From Calditrichaceae bacterium (GTDB lineage Bacteria; Calditrichota; Calditrichia; Calditrichales; JBFXGD01): DNA of 64,000 bases. The notes under the pieces were generated by a model that was not told where the DNA came from, ran no database searches, and worked only from the letters and a program-made list of their open reading frames with translations. Numbering within the stretch: position 1 is the stretch's first letter; each line of letters starts with the position of its first letter. The position numbers and the translations under genes were made by a program. This document shows positions 39,229 to 49,057 of the stretch, piece after piece. Location of the stretch: the NCBI GenBank assembly GCA_050173015.1, contig JBFXLE010000008.1:105036-169035 (forward strand). The letters run 5' to 3'.

Positions 39229-40650
39229 TTAAATTTCTGATTTGAACCAACTGTTTACCCGATATATCATGAGACCGGAGAAGCCGAATAATAATGACGA
39301 AAAAAGAAGCATCGGGAAAATCATTTTTTTCTCATTCGGCGGCATTAAACGGGACAAAAGCCACTCCGGCATCTGGACCGGCTTCATTAGCGGATAATGG
39401 TCTGTATGTTTAACCTGTTCAATAAACGGCAAGATGCGTTCTGAAAATACTAACGCCTGCGCGGCAGGACTATAAACATACAAACGGAAAAAGGGATACT
39501 CACCCTGAAGATGGTCAAAAATCCCCTGTACACGGTGCGGAATATCACTTATCCCGTCCGCGTCAAGATCGTAGCCTTTAAAATTACTCCAGTAGTTACC
39601 ATGATGATCTTTTTGCCATGTAACGGTTACTTCGCCTCCGACAGAAACCAGATTACTCAGATTATCTACAAAGGTGTTATCATAAAAATTAGTACCTTCT
39701 GAACTAAGATAGTATTTAATCGCCACACCGCTTTGTGCAATGAGGTTGTTGCGGACGACATTTAAATGAGACATGTCCAGGAACATACCGGTAGTGTTAT
39801 TTACAATAAGATTATACTCGGAAAGTGAATGCCGGACATCTTTATAGAGCACTCCATATGCCCGGTAACCCACATTATGAGCAAAGATGTTGTACCTGAA
39901 TACGAGACCCCGCTCGGAGTACATCAGTGCGACACCCGCCACATTTTCAGTAAAATAGTTATGCTCAAACACATCATAATCCGAATACATAAAATGCAGG
40001 CCATAACGCACATTTTTAATAAGACAATGGGTTACAAGGTTGCTGTCGGCAAAATCGAAATAAATACCATCGCGCGCGCCGTAAACATATAATGAATCCA
40101 GGTGATTATTGCGCGAATCATGCAGGTGAATACCGTTTCCTCTGTCTTCTTCGGGTTCACTATCACGCCCGTGAATAGTGGTTTTTTTTATGATATTATA
40201 ATTCGCGCTAAAAAGATAGATTCCGAACAAATTGTCTTCGAACAGACAATTTTCAATAACATTATGATGCGCCTTGTAAATCTTCAATCCCGCATTATCA
40301 TGAATCCGCTTATGCCCGCCTCCCCTGATAATGAAACCTTTTATCGTACAGGAATCAGCAAACAACTTTACTGCGTCCCCTGAATCCGTCGGCGCGGATA
40401 TAATAGCCCCCTGTTCCCCAAGCAAAATCAGCTTTTTATCTATCTTAATATTCCCGAAGTATGTTCCCGCTTTCACTCTAATAGTATCGCCCGGCTGGGC
40501 GGCTTCAATCGCTGAATTTATTGAATTGAACTTTTGATCACTTTTTGAAACAAATATGGTGCCGGCCGTACTGGCGGGGGGAAACGCCAGGACGATGGCG
40601 AAACTGAGGACAACTTCTTTCCATAGACTCATTTTCATTACCGACACCAT
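39229..40650 (-). CDS. nosD: NosD beta-helix maturation protein
   Basis: PGDTI, RGNGIHL, RDGIY, RYGLHFMY, GNYWS..GYDLD.DG; C-terminal TM. Confidence 0.93.
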   Translation of the reverse strand: MVSVMKMSLWKEVVLSFAIVLAFPPASTAGTIFVSKSDQKFNSINSAIEAAQPGDTIRVKAGTYFGNIKIDKKLILLGEQGAIISAPTDSGDAVKLFADSCTIKGFIIRGGGHKRIHDNAGLKIYKAHHNVIENCLFEDNLFGIYLFSANYNIIKKTTIHGRDSEPEEDRGNGIHLHDSRNNHLDSLYVYGARDGIYFDFADSNLVTHCLIKNVRYGLHFMYSDYDVFEHNYFTENVAGVALMYSERGLVFRYNIFAHNVGYRAYGVLYKDVRHSLSEYNLIVNNTTGMFLDMSHLNVVRNNLIAQSGVAIKYYLSSEGTNFYDNTFVDNLSNLVSVGGEVTVTWQKDHHGNYWSNFKGYDLDADGISDIPHRVQGIFDHLQGEYPFFRLYVYSPAAQALVFSERILPFIEQVKHTDHYPLMKPVQMPEWLLSRLMPPNEKKMIFPMLLFSSLLFGFSGLMIYRVNSWFKSEI

Positions 40651-40720
40651 TTTTTCCCATCATTTTAAACAGATTGATTTTATACTATTATAAGAGACTC
40701 AATCAATAAAACCTGAAATC

Positions 40721-41149
40721 TTATTTCCGCCAGGTTTCTTTCTCTCCGAGATTCTGCTTCTGGGCGATTTGCCCTCTCACCGCGGCAACCCCTGCCTTTA
40801 TCATCCATTGAAGCGCCTGATCAAGATCCTCCGTCATCTGATAAGTACAAACCTTCTTTTCATCCATATCTTTCTTCACTTTTTCCATAAAGGCCAGCGC
40901 TTTTTTCTCCCACATTTTAGCATCTTTAATCTCTTCAAATACGAGAGTATTCATTTTTCTGGACTCAACATCCTTTATGACAGAGTCAACGATGTTTTGT
41001 GTCGCTGTGCATTCGTTATATTTTGACTCACATTCCTTCATATCGAATTTTTTTACCTTGTACTGTGCCTGAACCGGCGCGACAAGAAAGATGCCAAGAA
41101 ATAACATCAGCACCATCCAGGCGGGATTATATAATTTAAAACCTTTCAT
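40721..41149 (-). CDS. Hypothetical secreted helical Met/Cys-rich protein inside the nos cluster
   Basis: Signal peptide ending VQA; 7 Met and 3 Cys in the mature part; GAGGAG RBS; between nosB and nosD. Confidence 0.7.
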   Translation of the reverse strand: MKGFKLYNPAWMVLMLFLGIFLVAPVQAQYKVKKFDMKECESKYNECTATQNIVDSVIKDVESRKMNTLVFEEIKDAKMWEKKALAFMEKVKKDMDEKKVCTYQMTEDLDQALQWMIKAGVAAVRGQIAQKQNLGEKETWRK

Positions 41150-41152
41150 TAT

Positions 41153-41797
41153 TTACTCCTCTGATATTTTTTGTGTTCTGGAAAAAAATATGGCCGCAAC
41201 AAGCAGCGCAGCCGCAACACCCAAAAAAACGGCGCCTGACCGCGGCATATTTGTCACTCCAAAATTTGCAATCTGCCTGAAGCCAATGAGTGGCGGTGTA
41301 AAACCTTCAATTTTCATGGCAGCTTGCGGGGATAAATCATGCCCGTAATTGTAAAGCCATATATAAAAACGATAAAAACTGAAGCCCGCAAGGTAACTCA
41401 GGAGCACCACCAGATCTATGAGTCCCGACATGCGTCCCATGATGAGCAGCCTTAGTGCCAGCAGTGAAAGAATACCGATGGCCAATGGCAGCCAGGTCAA
41501 CTCCGGAAAATCACTTTCCTGAATATGTTTCATACCGATGTAGTGATTCAGAACATTTATTTCTTTCAAATGTCTGCCATGATCTCCACTCTCCAGTTTA
41601 TGTGAGTAAATATCCAAAACGAGTCCATCAGGATAGAAATTCGAATTGAGGGTCATTCTATAGAGTGGAAAGGCGTATGTCATCAACAGGCTGACCACGG
41701 CGATTAATATCAAAACACGTGATTTGACGGTCAGCGGAAGATCGGTGAAATGATTCAGCTTTTCCAGAAATTTATCGATGCGATTTGAATTTTTCAT
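41153..41797 (-). CDS. nosB: NosB membrane protein of clade II nos clusters
   Basis: YPDGL, INVLNHYIGM, FPE, WLYNYGHDL.P.A, PPLIG; directly after nosZ; ATG 41797 after AAGGAG. Confidence 0.88.
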   Translation of the reverse strand: MKNSNRIDKFLEKLNHFTDLPLTVKSRVLILIAVVSLLMTYAFPLYRMTLNSNFYPDGLVLDIYSHKLESGDHGRHLKEINVLNHYIGMKHIQESDFPELTWLPLAIGILSLLALRLLIMGRMSGLIDLVVLLSYLAGFSFYRFYIWLYNYGHDLSPQAAMKIEGFTPPLIGFRQIANFGVTNMPRSGAVFLGVAAALLVAAIFFSRTQKISEE

Positions 41798-41856
41798 TAG
41801 TAACTCCTTAAAAATGCCTTTACCGGGCTCCTTCTGCAAATGATCAACATCCTGAA

Positions 41857-43821
41857 TTAATTTATAAGTTTCGCGTGTTTGATTTTATTTGCCGGAGTGA
41901 TTTCAAGTTTTTCAGCACCTTTCGGCTTCACCAATAGATAACCCTGCATTTCCTGATGCAGCGCCGAACAGAAATTCGTGCAGTAGAACGGCCAGACACC
42001 CGGTTTATTGAGTTTTACAGTAAGAGTTTTGGTTTCTCCGGGAAACAAATCGGTGTTAACATCATATTCACATATGGCGAATCCATGAATTTCATCCCGC
42101 ATTTCTTCAATATTTGTCAAATGAATAGTGAGATTATCCCCTTCCATACATTCGATTTTTGTCGGCGCTAATGTACTCCTGACAACAGTCATCCATACTT
42201 CCACGTTGTTTCCATTTCTCACAACTTTGGCATCTTTCGCATCCCAAATAGCATTCGGATGTTCATTGAAAATAGCATTAGACGGAGCATCTGATCCTTT
42301 TTTGTAGAACATTTCTACGACATTGGAAGCAATCAGGTCCGCTTTGAGAAAAACCGCATAATGAGGTTCCGGCTCCGGGAATGCCTGGAATATCATTTTC
42401 ATTTTCTCACCGGATATATCTATTAACTGACCGCTTTCCGGCATATCCGGTCCGACCGGTAAATGTGTGCCTTTGGACAATTTATTCAGCGATATTAACC
42501 AGTTTCCATGGGGATGCATAGTTTCTCCGTGAGCAACCGCCAAATGCCCCACATTGTAAGCGACAGGAATCTTATCGACCAGTTCCCATTTATCATTCAG
42601 ACCCACACTCCATTTCGCGATCGCGCTTTCAACAAAAAGACTGGTGTAGGCATAACCTTTTTCGTCAAACTGAGTGTGAAGCGGACCAAGCCCTACAGTT
42701 ACTTCCGCTTCTCTGACAGCATTATAGCGTAACACAGGAATGCCGTCTTCATCGCCTTCGAAGTCTTTACTGTTAATTGCCTGCTGAATTTTTTCAAAAC
42801 TAAAAATTGACACTGTTGGCGAAAGTTTGCCATTACCAACGATATATTTGCCGTCAGGAGTCACATCGACCCCGTGAGGACTCTTCGGACATGGAACAAG
42901 GTAAACTAAACCGGGATTCTTGTTCGGGTCAAGCACAGGAACTCCGCCCAGCATAATTGTTTTTCCGGAATCTTTTATATTTTTTTCTGCAAGTTTCCAG
43001 TTGACGACCGCGATATAATCCATTTCTTTCTGGGAAGCGGTAACCTCCAGAACACCCGTCGCTCTCTCTGAATTATAGCAAGTCCAGAATGCCCATCCGT
43101 CACTTGGACCTTTACCGGCATCACCAAGGTCAAAATTGAACGGCGGCATCAAAATTTCCCAGCCGTAACTAAAATGACCGTCAACAGGATCAATTTTTAT
43201 TCCCGCCACAATTCCTTTATATGATTTCGCGTAATCTTCAACGTCTTCATATTTTCCCTTTGGTAGCGGTATAGAAAATCGGCTGGCCATTAGTGAGTAC
43301 TCAGTATTCGGAGTCACATAAGCGGACCCATGATCACCCATCACATTGGGAACAGGCCCGAATACTTCAACTGTCCTGAAGGTACGAAGATCGATTCTTG
43401 CCGTCCTGTTATTTGCGTTGTCATTCACAAATAACCATCTTCCGTCATAATCACCATTCGTTTCACTGGGCGCGGGATGATGCACGTCGCCCCATCTGAA
43501 ATCACCCATCAGAGCTTCACTCTCAACGTCAAATCCGTACCCCGTGGCCGCGTAATCCTGAAACACAGGAATCGTGCGAATATGACGCATTGACGGAACA
43601 CCATAAACATACACACAACCATTGTGACCGCCGGACATGAACACATAGTAATCATCAAAATCACCCGGAGCGACATAAGTCCTCAGTGCATTTTCTGCGA
43701 CTTCGCTCTTGGCAGTGGTCCCCTGTTTTTCTCCGCCGCCACATCCACCGCCCATAAACATCATAAAGATGCCCGCGATTATAAAAGTGGTCAGCATCGG
43801 AACTAAAATACTGCGTTTCAT
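41857..43821 (-). CDS. nosZ: Nitrous-oxide reductase, clade II (Sec/lipoprotein signal)
   Basis: CuZ His motifs DVHH, GDH, PHG, GPLH, VGH, EPH; CuA motif HGF...CTNFCSALHQEM; no twin-Arg; signal ends GGGC. Confidence 0.98.
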   Translation of the reverse strand: MKRSILVPMLTTFIIAGIFMMFMGGGCGGGEKQGTTAKSEVAENALRTYVAPGDFDDYYVFMSGGHNGCVYVYGVPSMRHIRTIPVFQDYAATGYGFDVESEALMGDFRWGDVHHPAPSETNGDYDGRWLFVNDNANNRTARIDLRTFRTVEVFGPVPNVMGDHGSAYVTPNTEYSLMASRFSIPLPKGKYEDVEDYAKSYKGIVAGIKIDPVDGHFSYGWEILMPPFNFDLGDAGKGPSDGWAFWTCYNSERATGVLEVTASQKEMDYIAVVNWKLAEKNIKDSGKTIMLGGVPVLDPNKNPGLVYLVPCPKSPHGVDVTPDGKYIVGNGKLSPTVSIFSFEKIQQAINSKDFEGDEDGIPVLRYNAVREAEVTVGLGPLHTQFDEKGYAYTSLFVESAIAKWSVGLNDKWELVDKIPVAYNVGHLAVAHGETMHPHGNWLISLNKLSKGTHLPVGPDMPESGQLIDISGEKMKMIFQAFPEPEPHYAVFLKADLIASNVVEMFYKKGSDAPSNAIFNEHPNAIWDAKDAKVVRNGNNVEVWMTVVRSTLAPTKIECMEGDNLTIHLTNIEEMRDEIHGFAICEYDVNTDLFPGETKTLTVKLNKPGVWPFYCTNFCSALHQEMQGYLLVKPKGAEKLEITPANKIKHAKLIN

Positions 43822-43906
43822 GCTTTAATCCTCCTTACGAGATAAGTAAACCCTTAACCAGATTGACACCAATCAGGCCATTATTTATTGTATTAATCCC
43901 CGGTTT

Positions 43907-45139
43907 TCAATTTAAATTTAGAGCTTTCATCCGCTCGGCTTCCTCCGCTCTCGCTAACTTATAAGCATTATTAAGCAGCGTTATAACTTCCTGTTTTTCT
44001 TTGTCCGTCAGTACAATCTGGGTTGAAAGCACCACTTCCATCGTGGCTTTGGGAGTGACCATAAACTGCTCAAGTGTCAGATTAAATCGTTTTTGCACAT
44101 CTTCCGCCGCCTTACTCAACTCAGGCCCAATATTGGTAGGTGATTCTACTTCATACACCTTAACGCTATGACAAATAAAACACCCTTTTTCGACAAAGAA
44201 TTTGCCGCCGCCTTCCATCATTCTTCTTTCCTTATCTATTTCTTCCTTTGTTTTCTCCTCGGTGAGATTAATTCCCGGCAAATACTCGACAGGCACATTC
44301 ATCTTCTGCCAGCTCATCACAAGCATTGCCAGAGACTGACCATCTTTTGTCGAAAAATTAAATTGCGGCATGATTGATGTAGGTACGAGCGCTGTAGGCG
44401 AGCGCAAATGCTGAACATGCCAGTTAAAAGAAGATTTATAGGATGTTGTATAATATGTAAAATCAAGCATTTCAGGATTTTTATCACCCTCATACATCAA
44501 ATCAGGACCGATTACTCCACCCTGCCCGTTGATCCTGTGGCAGGCGCTGCAGCCTTTAGTCTTCATCAATTTTTTTGCATGGTTGATGTATTCCATCCCC
44601 TCCGTATATCTCTCGTAACGGTGACAGGCGTTACAGTTCACCTCCATGAGCGCCCCTTTCGAACGCACGAGATAAATATCTTCTATCTCCCTGCCTAAAA
44701 CCGGAAATTCCCAGTGAGGTACCGCGCCGTATGCGGTCGCAAATTCCAGCGAATACCCCTGCCCGCCATGACAAACAGTACAGCCGTACTTTTCGATCGG
44801 GTGCTTTTGCAATATTTTCGACGGGTGACTCCTATGCGGATTTGGACTGTATTCCATACCTTTCCATGTTAACCCCAGATGACAGGATGGACATCGGTCA
44901 ACCCGGTTAAGATCCGCGATATAGATCTGCTTGATGCCTTTCTCAATCTTTGAAGCGGTCTCCTTGCCGGATTTTTCAAGAACGATATCATAAAAATCAT
45001 CCTGGTACGCGCTCCAGTCAGCTGAATATGACTGAATAATTATAAATCCTGTAATAACCAGGAGAAACAATGACAGGGAAAAAAGCAGATATGGTTCATT
45101 CTTTATCCCGTCAAAACTAAATTTTTTAAATATATTCAT
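43907..45139 (-). CDS. Membrane-anchored pentaheme cytochrome c
   Basis: N-terminal TM; CPSCH, CTVCH, CNACH, CSACH, CFICH; ATG 45139 after GGAG. Confidence 0.92.
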   Translation of the reverse strand: MNIFKKFSFDGIKNEPYLLFSLSLFLLVITGFIIIQSYSADWSAYQDDFYDIVLEKSGKETASKIEKGIKQIYIADLNRVDRCPSCHLGLTWKGMEYSPNPHRSHPSKILQKHPIEKYGCTVCHGGQGYSLEFATAYGAVPHWEFPVLGREIEDIYLVRSKGALMEVNCNACHRYERYTEGMEYINHAKKLMKTKGCSACHRINGQGGVIGPDLMYEGDKNPEMLDFTYYTTSYKSSFNWHVQHLRSPTALVPTSIMPQFNFSTKDGQSLAMLVMSWQKMNVPVEYLPGINLTEEKTKEEIDKERRMMEGGGKFFVEKGCFICHSVKVYEVESPTNIGPELSKAAEDVQKRFNLTLEQFMVTPKATMEVVLSTQIVLTDKEKQEVITLLNNAYKLARAEEAERMKALNLN

Positions 45140-45156
45140 TATATATACTCCGCCTA

Positions 45157-46539
45157 TCAGAATCGAACCGGTATTGAAGGCCACGCTTCCCATGGCCAGT
45201 AAAAATCATAAAATGTGCCGCGCATAAACGTGCCGACAATAACAAGTACCAAAATGAGTACGACGATGATGATAAATATCAAATTTTGTTTATTTCTGCC
45301 CTTATGAAACCACACCCCTATTGCTTGTGGGCCGCTTTTATCGATAAACGGCCAGACGGCAAGTAAAACAAGAAGTACTCCCGGTACGATAATCCCCCCG
45401 ATAAGCGCGCCGTTCAGCATGTAGCCGCCGATTTTGAAAGATGTATCCGCGACCAGTTCCTGCAGCCACAAAAAATACCATGGCGCCTTCGCGACGTCAG
45501 GGGTGACCCCCGGATTGGCCGGCGCTTCGAGAGGCGCCTTAAAAAGTATTGATAAAACCGTGGTTACCAGAAATGTCAGAATAAAAACGGTGAGGATTCT
45601 TCTTGGTAAAAATGGACTGGTATTAAGAGTATCCTCCTCAGATACCATTGATGTGATGACGCTCGGTCTTTGCCCTCTGGCGATTCCCAACAGTGAATAT
45701 GTTTTTGATGAGGTGACTTCAATGGTTTGCTCTTTTCGCTCAAGGGCAAGATGATCAACGCAGGCCAGCCCGCCGTCTTTACGGATTCGCCACATATGAT
45801 ATGAGATTAGTATGAGGAGAATTATCGGCAGAAACGCCACATGCAGCACATAAAAACGAATCAGAGTGTTTTGCTCGATCTGATTGCCGCCAAGCAGAAG
45901 ATAACTCATAGAGTCGCCGATCAGCGGCGCGGCCTTCGCGATATTGGTTCCCACAGTGATCGCCCAGTAGGCAAGCTGATCCCATGGCAAAAGGTATCCT
46001 GTAAAAGAAAGAAACATCGTGAGCAAAAGTAAAAGTATGCCCGACAGCCAGTTCACCGCTCGGTTCGCTCCGACGACTTCCGCGCTGCGGTAAGCGCCGG
46101 TTAAAAACACTCTTACCATATGAAAAAACACAACCGCGACCATCAGATGGGCCGCCATTCTGTGGGTGTTGCGAAGAAGCCATCCAAATGAAATCACAAA
46201 TTCTATATCCTTGACACTCCAGTAAGCGCGTTCGATGGATGGAACATAGTAGAACATCAGGACAACGCCGGTAATAGAAAGGATTAAGAATAATGACGCT
46301 GAAATCGTACCCAGCCAGAGCGAATACCCCCAGGAGAGGCTTTTTTTTGTGATTTTTGCCGGAAACCAGTGTAGCAGGAAATTCCGTATGATCGATTCTC
46401 CCGCTTCTTTCGCGCTGCGTGGAAGCCATGTCCAAATGCTTCTTTCCCAAACATTCAGCCAGTACTCCCGCGATATAATCTTTCCGTTTCCGTTACTTTT
46501 TACTTCAGGCGTGTCGGTTACTTTTTCTTGAAGATCCAT
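45157..46539 (-). CDS. Cytochrome b of a Rieske/cytb complex (cyt b6-like fused to subunit IV)
   Basis: TGVVLMFYYVP, H-x13-H, FTGYLLPWDQLAYWA, H-x14-H, PLEAPANP...KAPWYF. Confidence 0.93.
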   Translation of the reverse strand: MDLQEKVTDTPEVKSNGNGKIISREYWLNVWERSIWTWLPRSAKEAGESIIRNFLLHWFPAKITKKSLSWGYSLWLGTISASLFLILSITGVVLMFYYVPSIERAYWSVKDIEFVISFGWLLRNTHRMAAHLMVAVVFFHMVRVFLTGAYRSAEVVGANRAVNWLSGILLLLLTMFLSFTGYLLPWDQLAYWAITVGTNIAKAAPLIGDSMSYLLLGGNQIEQNTLIRFYVLHVAFLPIILLILISYHMWRIRKDGGLACVDHLALERKEQTIEVTSSKTYSLLGIARGQRPSVITSMVSEEDTLNTSPFLPRRILTVFILTFLVTTVLSILFKAPLEAPANPGVTPDVAKAPWYFLWLQELVADTSFKIGGYMLNGALIGGIIVPGVLLVLLAVWPFIDKSGPQAIGVWFHKGRNKQNLIFIIIVVLILVLVIVGTFMRGTFYDFYWPWEAWPSIPVRF

Positions 46540-46555
46540 ATTGATACTCCAAAAC

Positions 46556-47071
46556 TTAGGAAATATTAAATTCCGTTCCTTTTTTAACTTCGATTGAGGT
46601 ATCTATTACCAGCTGCTGATCGTCGGGGGCGATATCGATCTTATGCCAGGGGAGAGGGGTAGGCGCCGGTCCTTCATAATTAGTACCGTCCTCATAAAAC
46701 TTTGAGCCGTGACAGGGGCAATGATATTCATGGTTAATCTCAACATCTTTCCCGTCGATTTTCACTGTTTTTGGTTTTGCCAGTTGAACATGCTTCACCG
46801 TACAGCCCAGGTGAGTACATACTGCGGTGTGGGCGTGCATTTTTTTGTGATTTTTGGCGATGAATTCCTTCTGCTCACTAAAAAATTTTACACCGTCCGG
46901 AAGATCGGCCGCCATACCTACTTTAAATTTTTGCAGCGGCTCGTACAGAACATTTGGAACAAAAGAGCGGACCCAAGCGAAAAGATTACCCGCAAAGGCG
47001 ACAACAATTGTCCCCGCGCCAAGTTTGTTCAAAAATGAACGTCTGGTTTCTTTCTTTGTTGATTCTGTCAT
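46556..47071 (-). CDS. Rieske [2Fe-2S] protein
   Basis: Tat motif TRRSFL, CTHLGC, CPCHGS, GPAP.PL. Confidence 0.95.
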   Translation of the reverse strand: MTESTKKETRRSFLNKLGAGTIVVAFAGNLFAWVRSFVPNVLYEPLQKFKVGMAADLPDGVKFFSEQKEFIAKNHKKMHAHTAVCTHLGCTVKHVQLAKPKTVKIDGKDVEINHEYHCPCHGSKFYEDGTNYEGPAPTPLPWHKIDIAPDDQQLVIDTSIEVKKGTEFNIS

Positions 47072-47086
47072 TTAACTCACCTCTCA

Positions 47087-49024
47087 TCAAACTAATTGTT
47101 CATCAAATGAAAATTTTTCCATCGTCATGGCATCCGTCGGACAAATCTTCGCGCACAATCCGCAACGGATGCACAAATCTGTATCCTTGATCATTACCGA
47201 GAGTGGTGTATCATTATTAAGATCAAGACTTTTTGTTATTTTTTCTATTTCTTCCTGATTGATAATCATGTCATCAAAGGGTATGATTTTAAGACAGTAC
47301 TCAGGGCATATATCAACACATCCGCCGCAGAGAATGCATTTCTCCGAATCGTAAATTGTCTGAATGTGACACTTCAGACACCTTTCACCCTGCCCGACAG
47401 CTTCCTCAATGGAATACCCTGTTTCGACTTCAGTGATCCCTGTTCTGCGGTCAGTAGAAACAGTGGGAGGAATTTCCCGGTCACACTGTTCATAACCCGC
47501 GGGCATATCGTAGTCTCTGGTTTGGATTAGTTCGATTTTGGCGGTAATCCTGACTTCCGGTTGAGATATTTTTTGAGACGGTTCAGAAAGATATTTATGA
47601 ATGGAACCTGCCGCGAGTTTGCCGTTTGCGGCCGCTTCGATCAGTATTCTTGGACCAAAGGCCACGTCTCCGCCGCAAAAAACACCCGGCGCGGTGGTTT
47701 CCAGTGTGTCAGGATTGATTTTTATTGTTCCCTGTGGTAGCACTTCTACTTTGTCAGAAGAACTCAAAAACGAAAGATCCGGCACTTGTCCGATTGCTAA
47801 AATGACTGTATCAGCTTCTATCACTTTCTCGGTGTCCGGTCTAAGCACAGGATTAAACTTCCCGTTCTCATCGAACAACTTTTCCACTTCAAGAAATTCA
47901 ACACCGCTCAGTTTTCCGTCTTTTCCGGCAAATTTCTTTGGTCCCACGGATGGTAAAAACCTGATCCCTTCGATAGAAGCTTCGTGCAATTCATCCTTCC
48001 CCTGAACAGTTTTCGCCGCAGGCATTTCTTCAAAAGATTCAAGGGACGCTACCAGAACTTCCGCGCCTCCACGCCTGGCGCTTCGCGCTGCGTCAATAGC
48101 GACATGCATTTCTCCGGCTTCAGCGACTCGATCCACTTCATCCATTGGTTTATAGAACTCGCGTATCGCTGTTCTCGCGGCGTCAAGAGCAACGCTCCCG
48201 CCTCCGATGACAATGACTTTTTTACCGAGATCTATCTTATATCCGCTGTTGACGTTCAATAAGTAATCAACCGCCTTAACAACGCCGTCAAGTTGAATTC
48301 CGGGCAAATTAAGATCACGCCCTTTCATGGCCCCGGTGCTGAGAAAGATGGATTTATACCCCATTTTTTTTAATTCTTTTAAACCAAAACCCTTGTGGAG
48401 GCTTGCGTTATATTTAATCTCGACTCCAAGACTTTTAATAACCGCCACCTCTCTGTCGATCACACCGCGGGTAAGACGGTATTCCGGTATTCCCAGACGC
48501 ATCATGCCACCGGGAATCGCCGCCGCTTCAAAGATGGTCACCTTGTATCCCAGAAGCGCGAGATCATGCGCGCATGCTAATCCCGCCGGTCCGGCGCCGA
48601 TCACAGCGACTTTCACACCATCGTTTCTGCCGTTGTTTTTAAGAAGATTGGGCAAATGCCAGGCAAACTTACTACCAACATCGGGTTTTCCGGCTAATAA
48701 AGAATTAACCGTATCAGGTTTTGACGATTCCGGACCAAATTGCTCAGTTACAAACCGTTTTAATCCCCTGATAGTGACCGCCTCATCGAGTTTGCCTCTT
48801 CTGCACGCGTCTTCGCACGGAGCGGCGCATACTCTACCGCAAATGGAGGCTATCGGGTTCGGTGACTTGGCCACAAGGTAGGCATCTTCAAATTTGTTTT
48901 CTGCGATTAACTGAACATATTTCCCGGAATCGGTATGAACGGGGCAGGCCTGAAAACAAGGGACATCACTTCTATACCATTCAAAATCACGAAGATTAGT
49001 GATATATTTCACTTTGACTCCCAC
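47087..49024 (-). CDS. NAD(P)H-dependent FAD/FeS oxidoreductase (GltD/NfnB/DsrL-like) with C-terminal 2x[4Fe-4S]
   Basis: CFQACP, CGRVCAAPCEDAC, GAGPAG, GIPEYRL, GGGSVA, RCLKC, CILCGGCVDICP, CIRCGLCAKICP. Confidence 0.92.
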   Translation of the reverse strand: MGVKVKYITNLRDFEWYRSDVPCFQACPVHTDSGKYVQLIAENKFEDAYLVAKSPNPIASICGRVCAAPCEDACRRGKLDEAVTIRGLKRFVTEQFGPESSKPDTVNSLLAGKPDVGSKFAWHLPNLLKNNGRNDGVKVAVIGAGPAGLACAHDLALLGYKVTIFEAAAIPGGMMRLGIPEYRLTRGVIDREVAVIKSLGVEIKYNASLHKGFGLKELKKMGYKSIFLSTGAMKGRDLNLPGIQLDGVVKAVDYLLNVNSGYKIDLGKKVIVIGGGSVALDAARTAIREFYKPMDEVDRVAEAGEMHVAIDAARSARRGGAEVLVASLESFEEMPAAKTVQGKDELHEASIEGIRFLPSVGPKKFAGKDGKLSGVEFLEVEKLFDENGKFNPVLRPDTEKVIEADTVILAIGQVPDLSFLSSSDKVEVLPQGTIKINPDTLETTAPGVFCGGDVAFGPRILIEAAANGKLAAGSIHKYLSEPSQKISQPEVRITAKIELIQTRDYDMPAGYEQCDREIPPTVSTDRRTGITEVETGYSIEEAVGQGERCLKCHIQTIYDSEKCILCGGCVDICPEYCLKIIPFDDMIINQEEIEKITKSLDLNNDTPLSVMIKDTDLCIRCGLCAKICPTDAMTMEKFSFDEQLV

Positions 49025-49057
49025 AGATACAGTTTTACAATTTTTTCCAGGTGTTAA

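Noticed and set aside
43863-43876. FNR/DNR-like box TTGAC-ACCA-ATCAG upstream of nosZ
   Set aside because: Two mismatches to consensus, and so close to the start codon that a class II promoter would begin at the RBS.
45779-46450. 223 aa minus-strand ORF in an alternate frame
   Set aside because: Lies wholly inside the cytochrome b gene, with no motifs or RBS; a shadow ORF.
47087-49024. Calling this gltD or dsrL
   Set aside because: No gltB or dsr genes nearby; tight linkage to Rieske/cytb points to another role, so no symbol was given.
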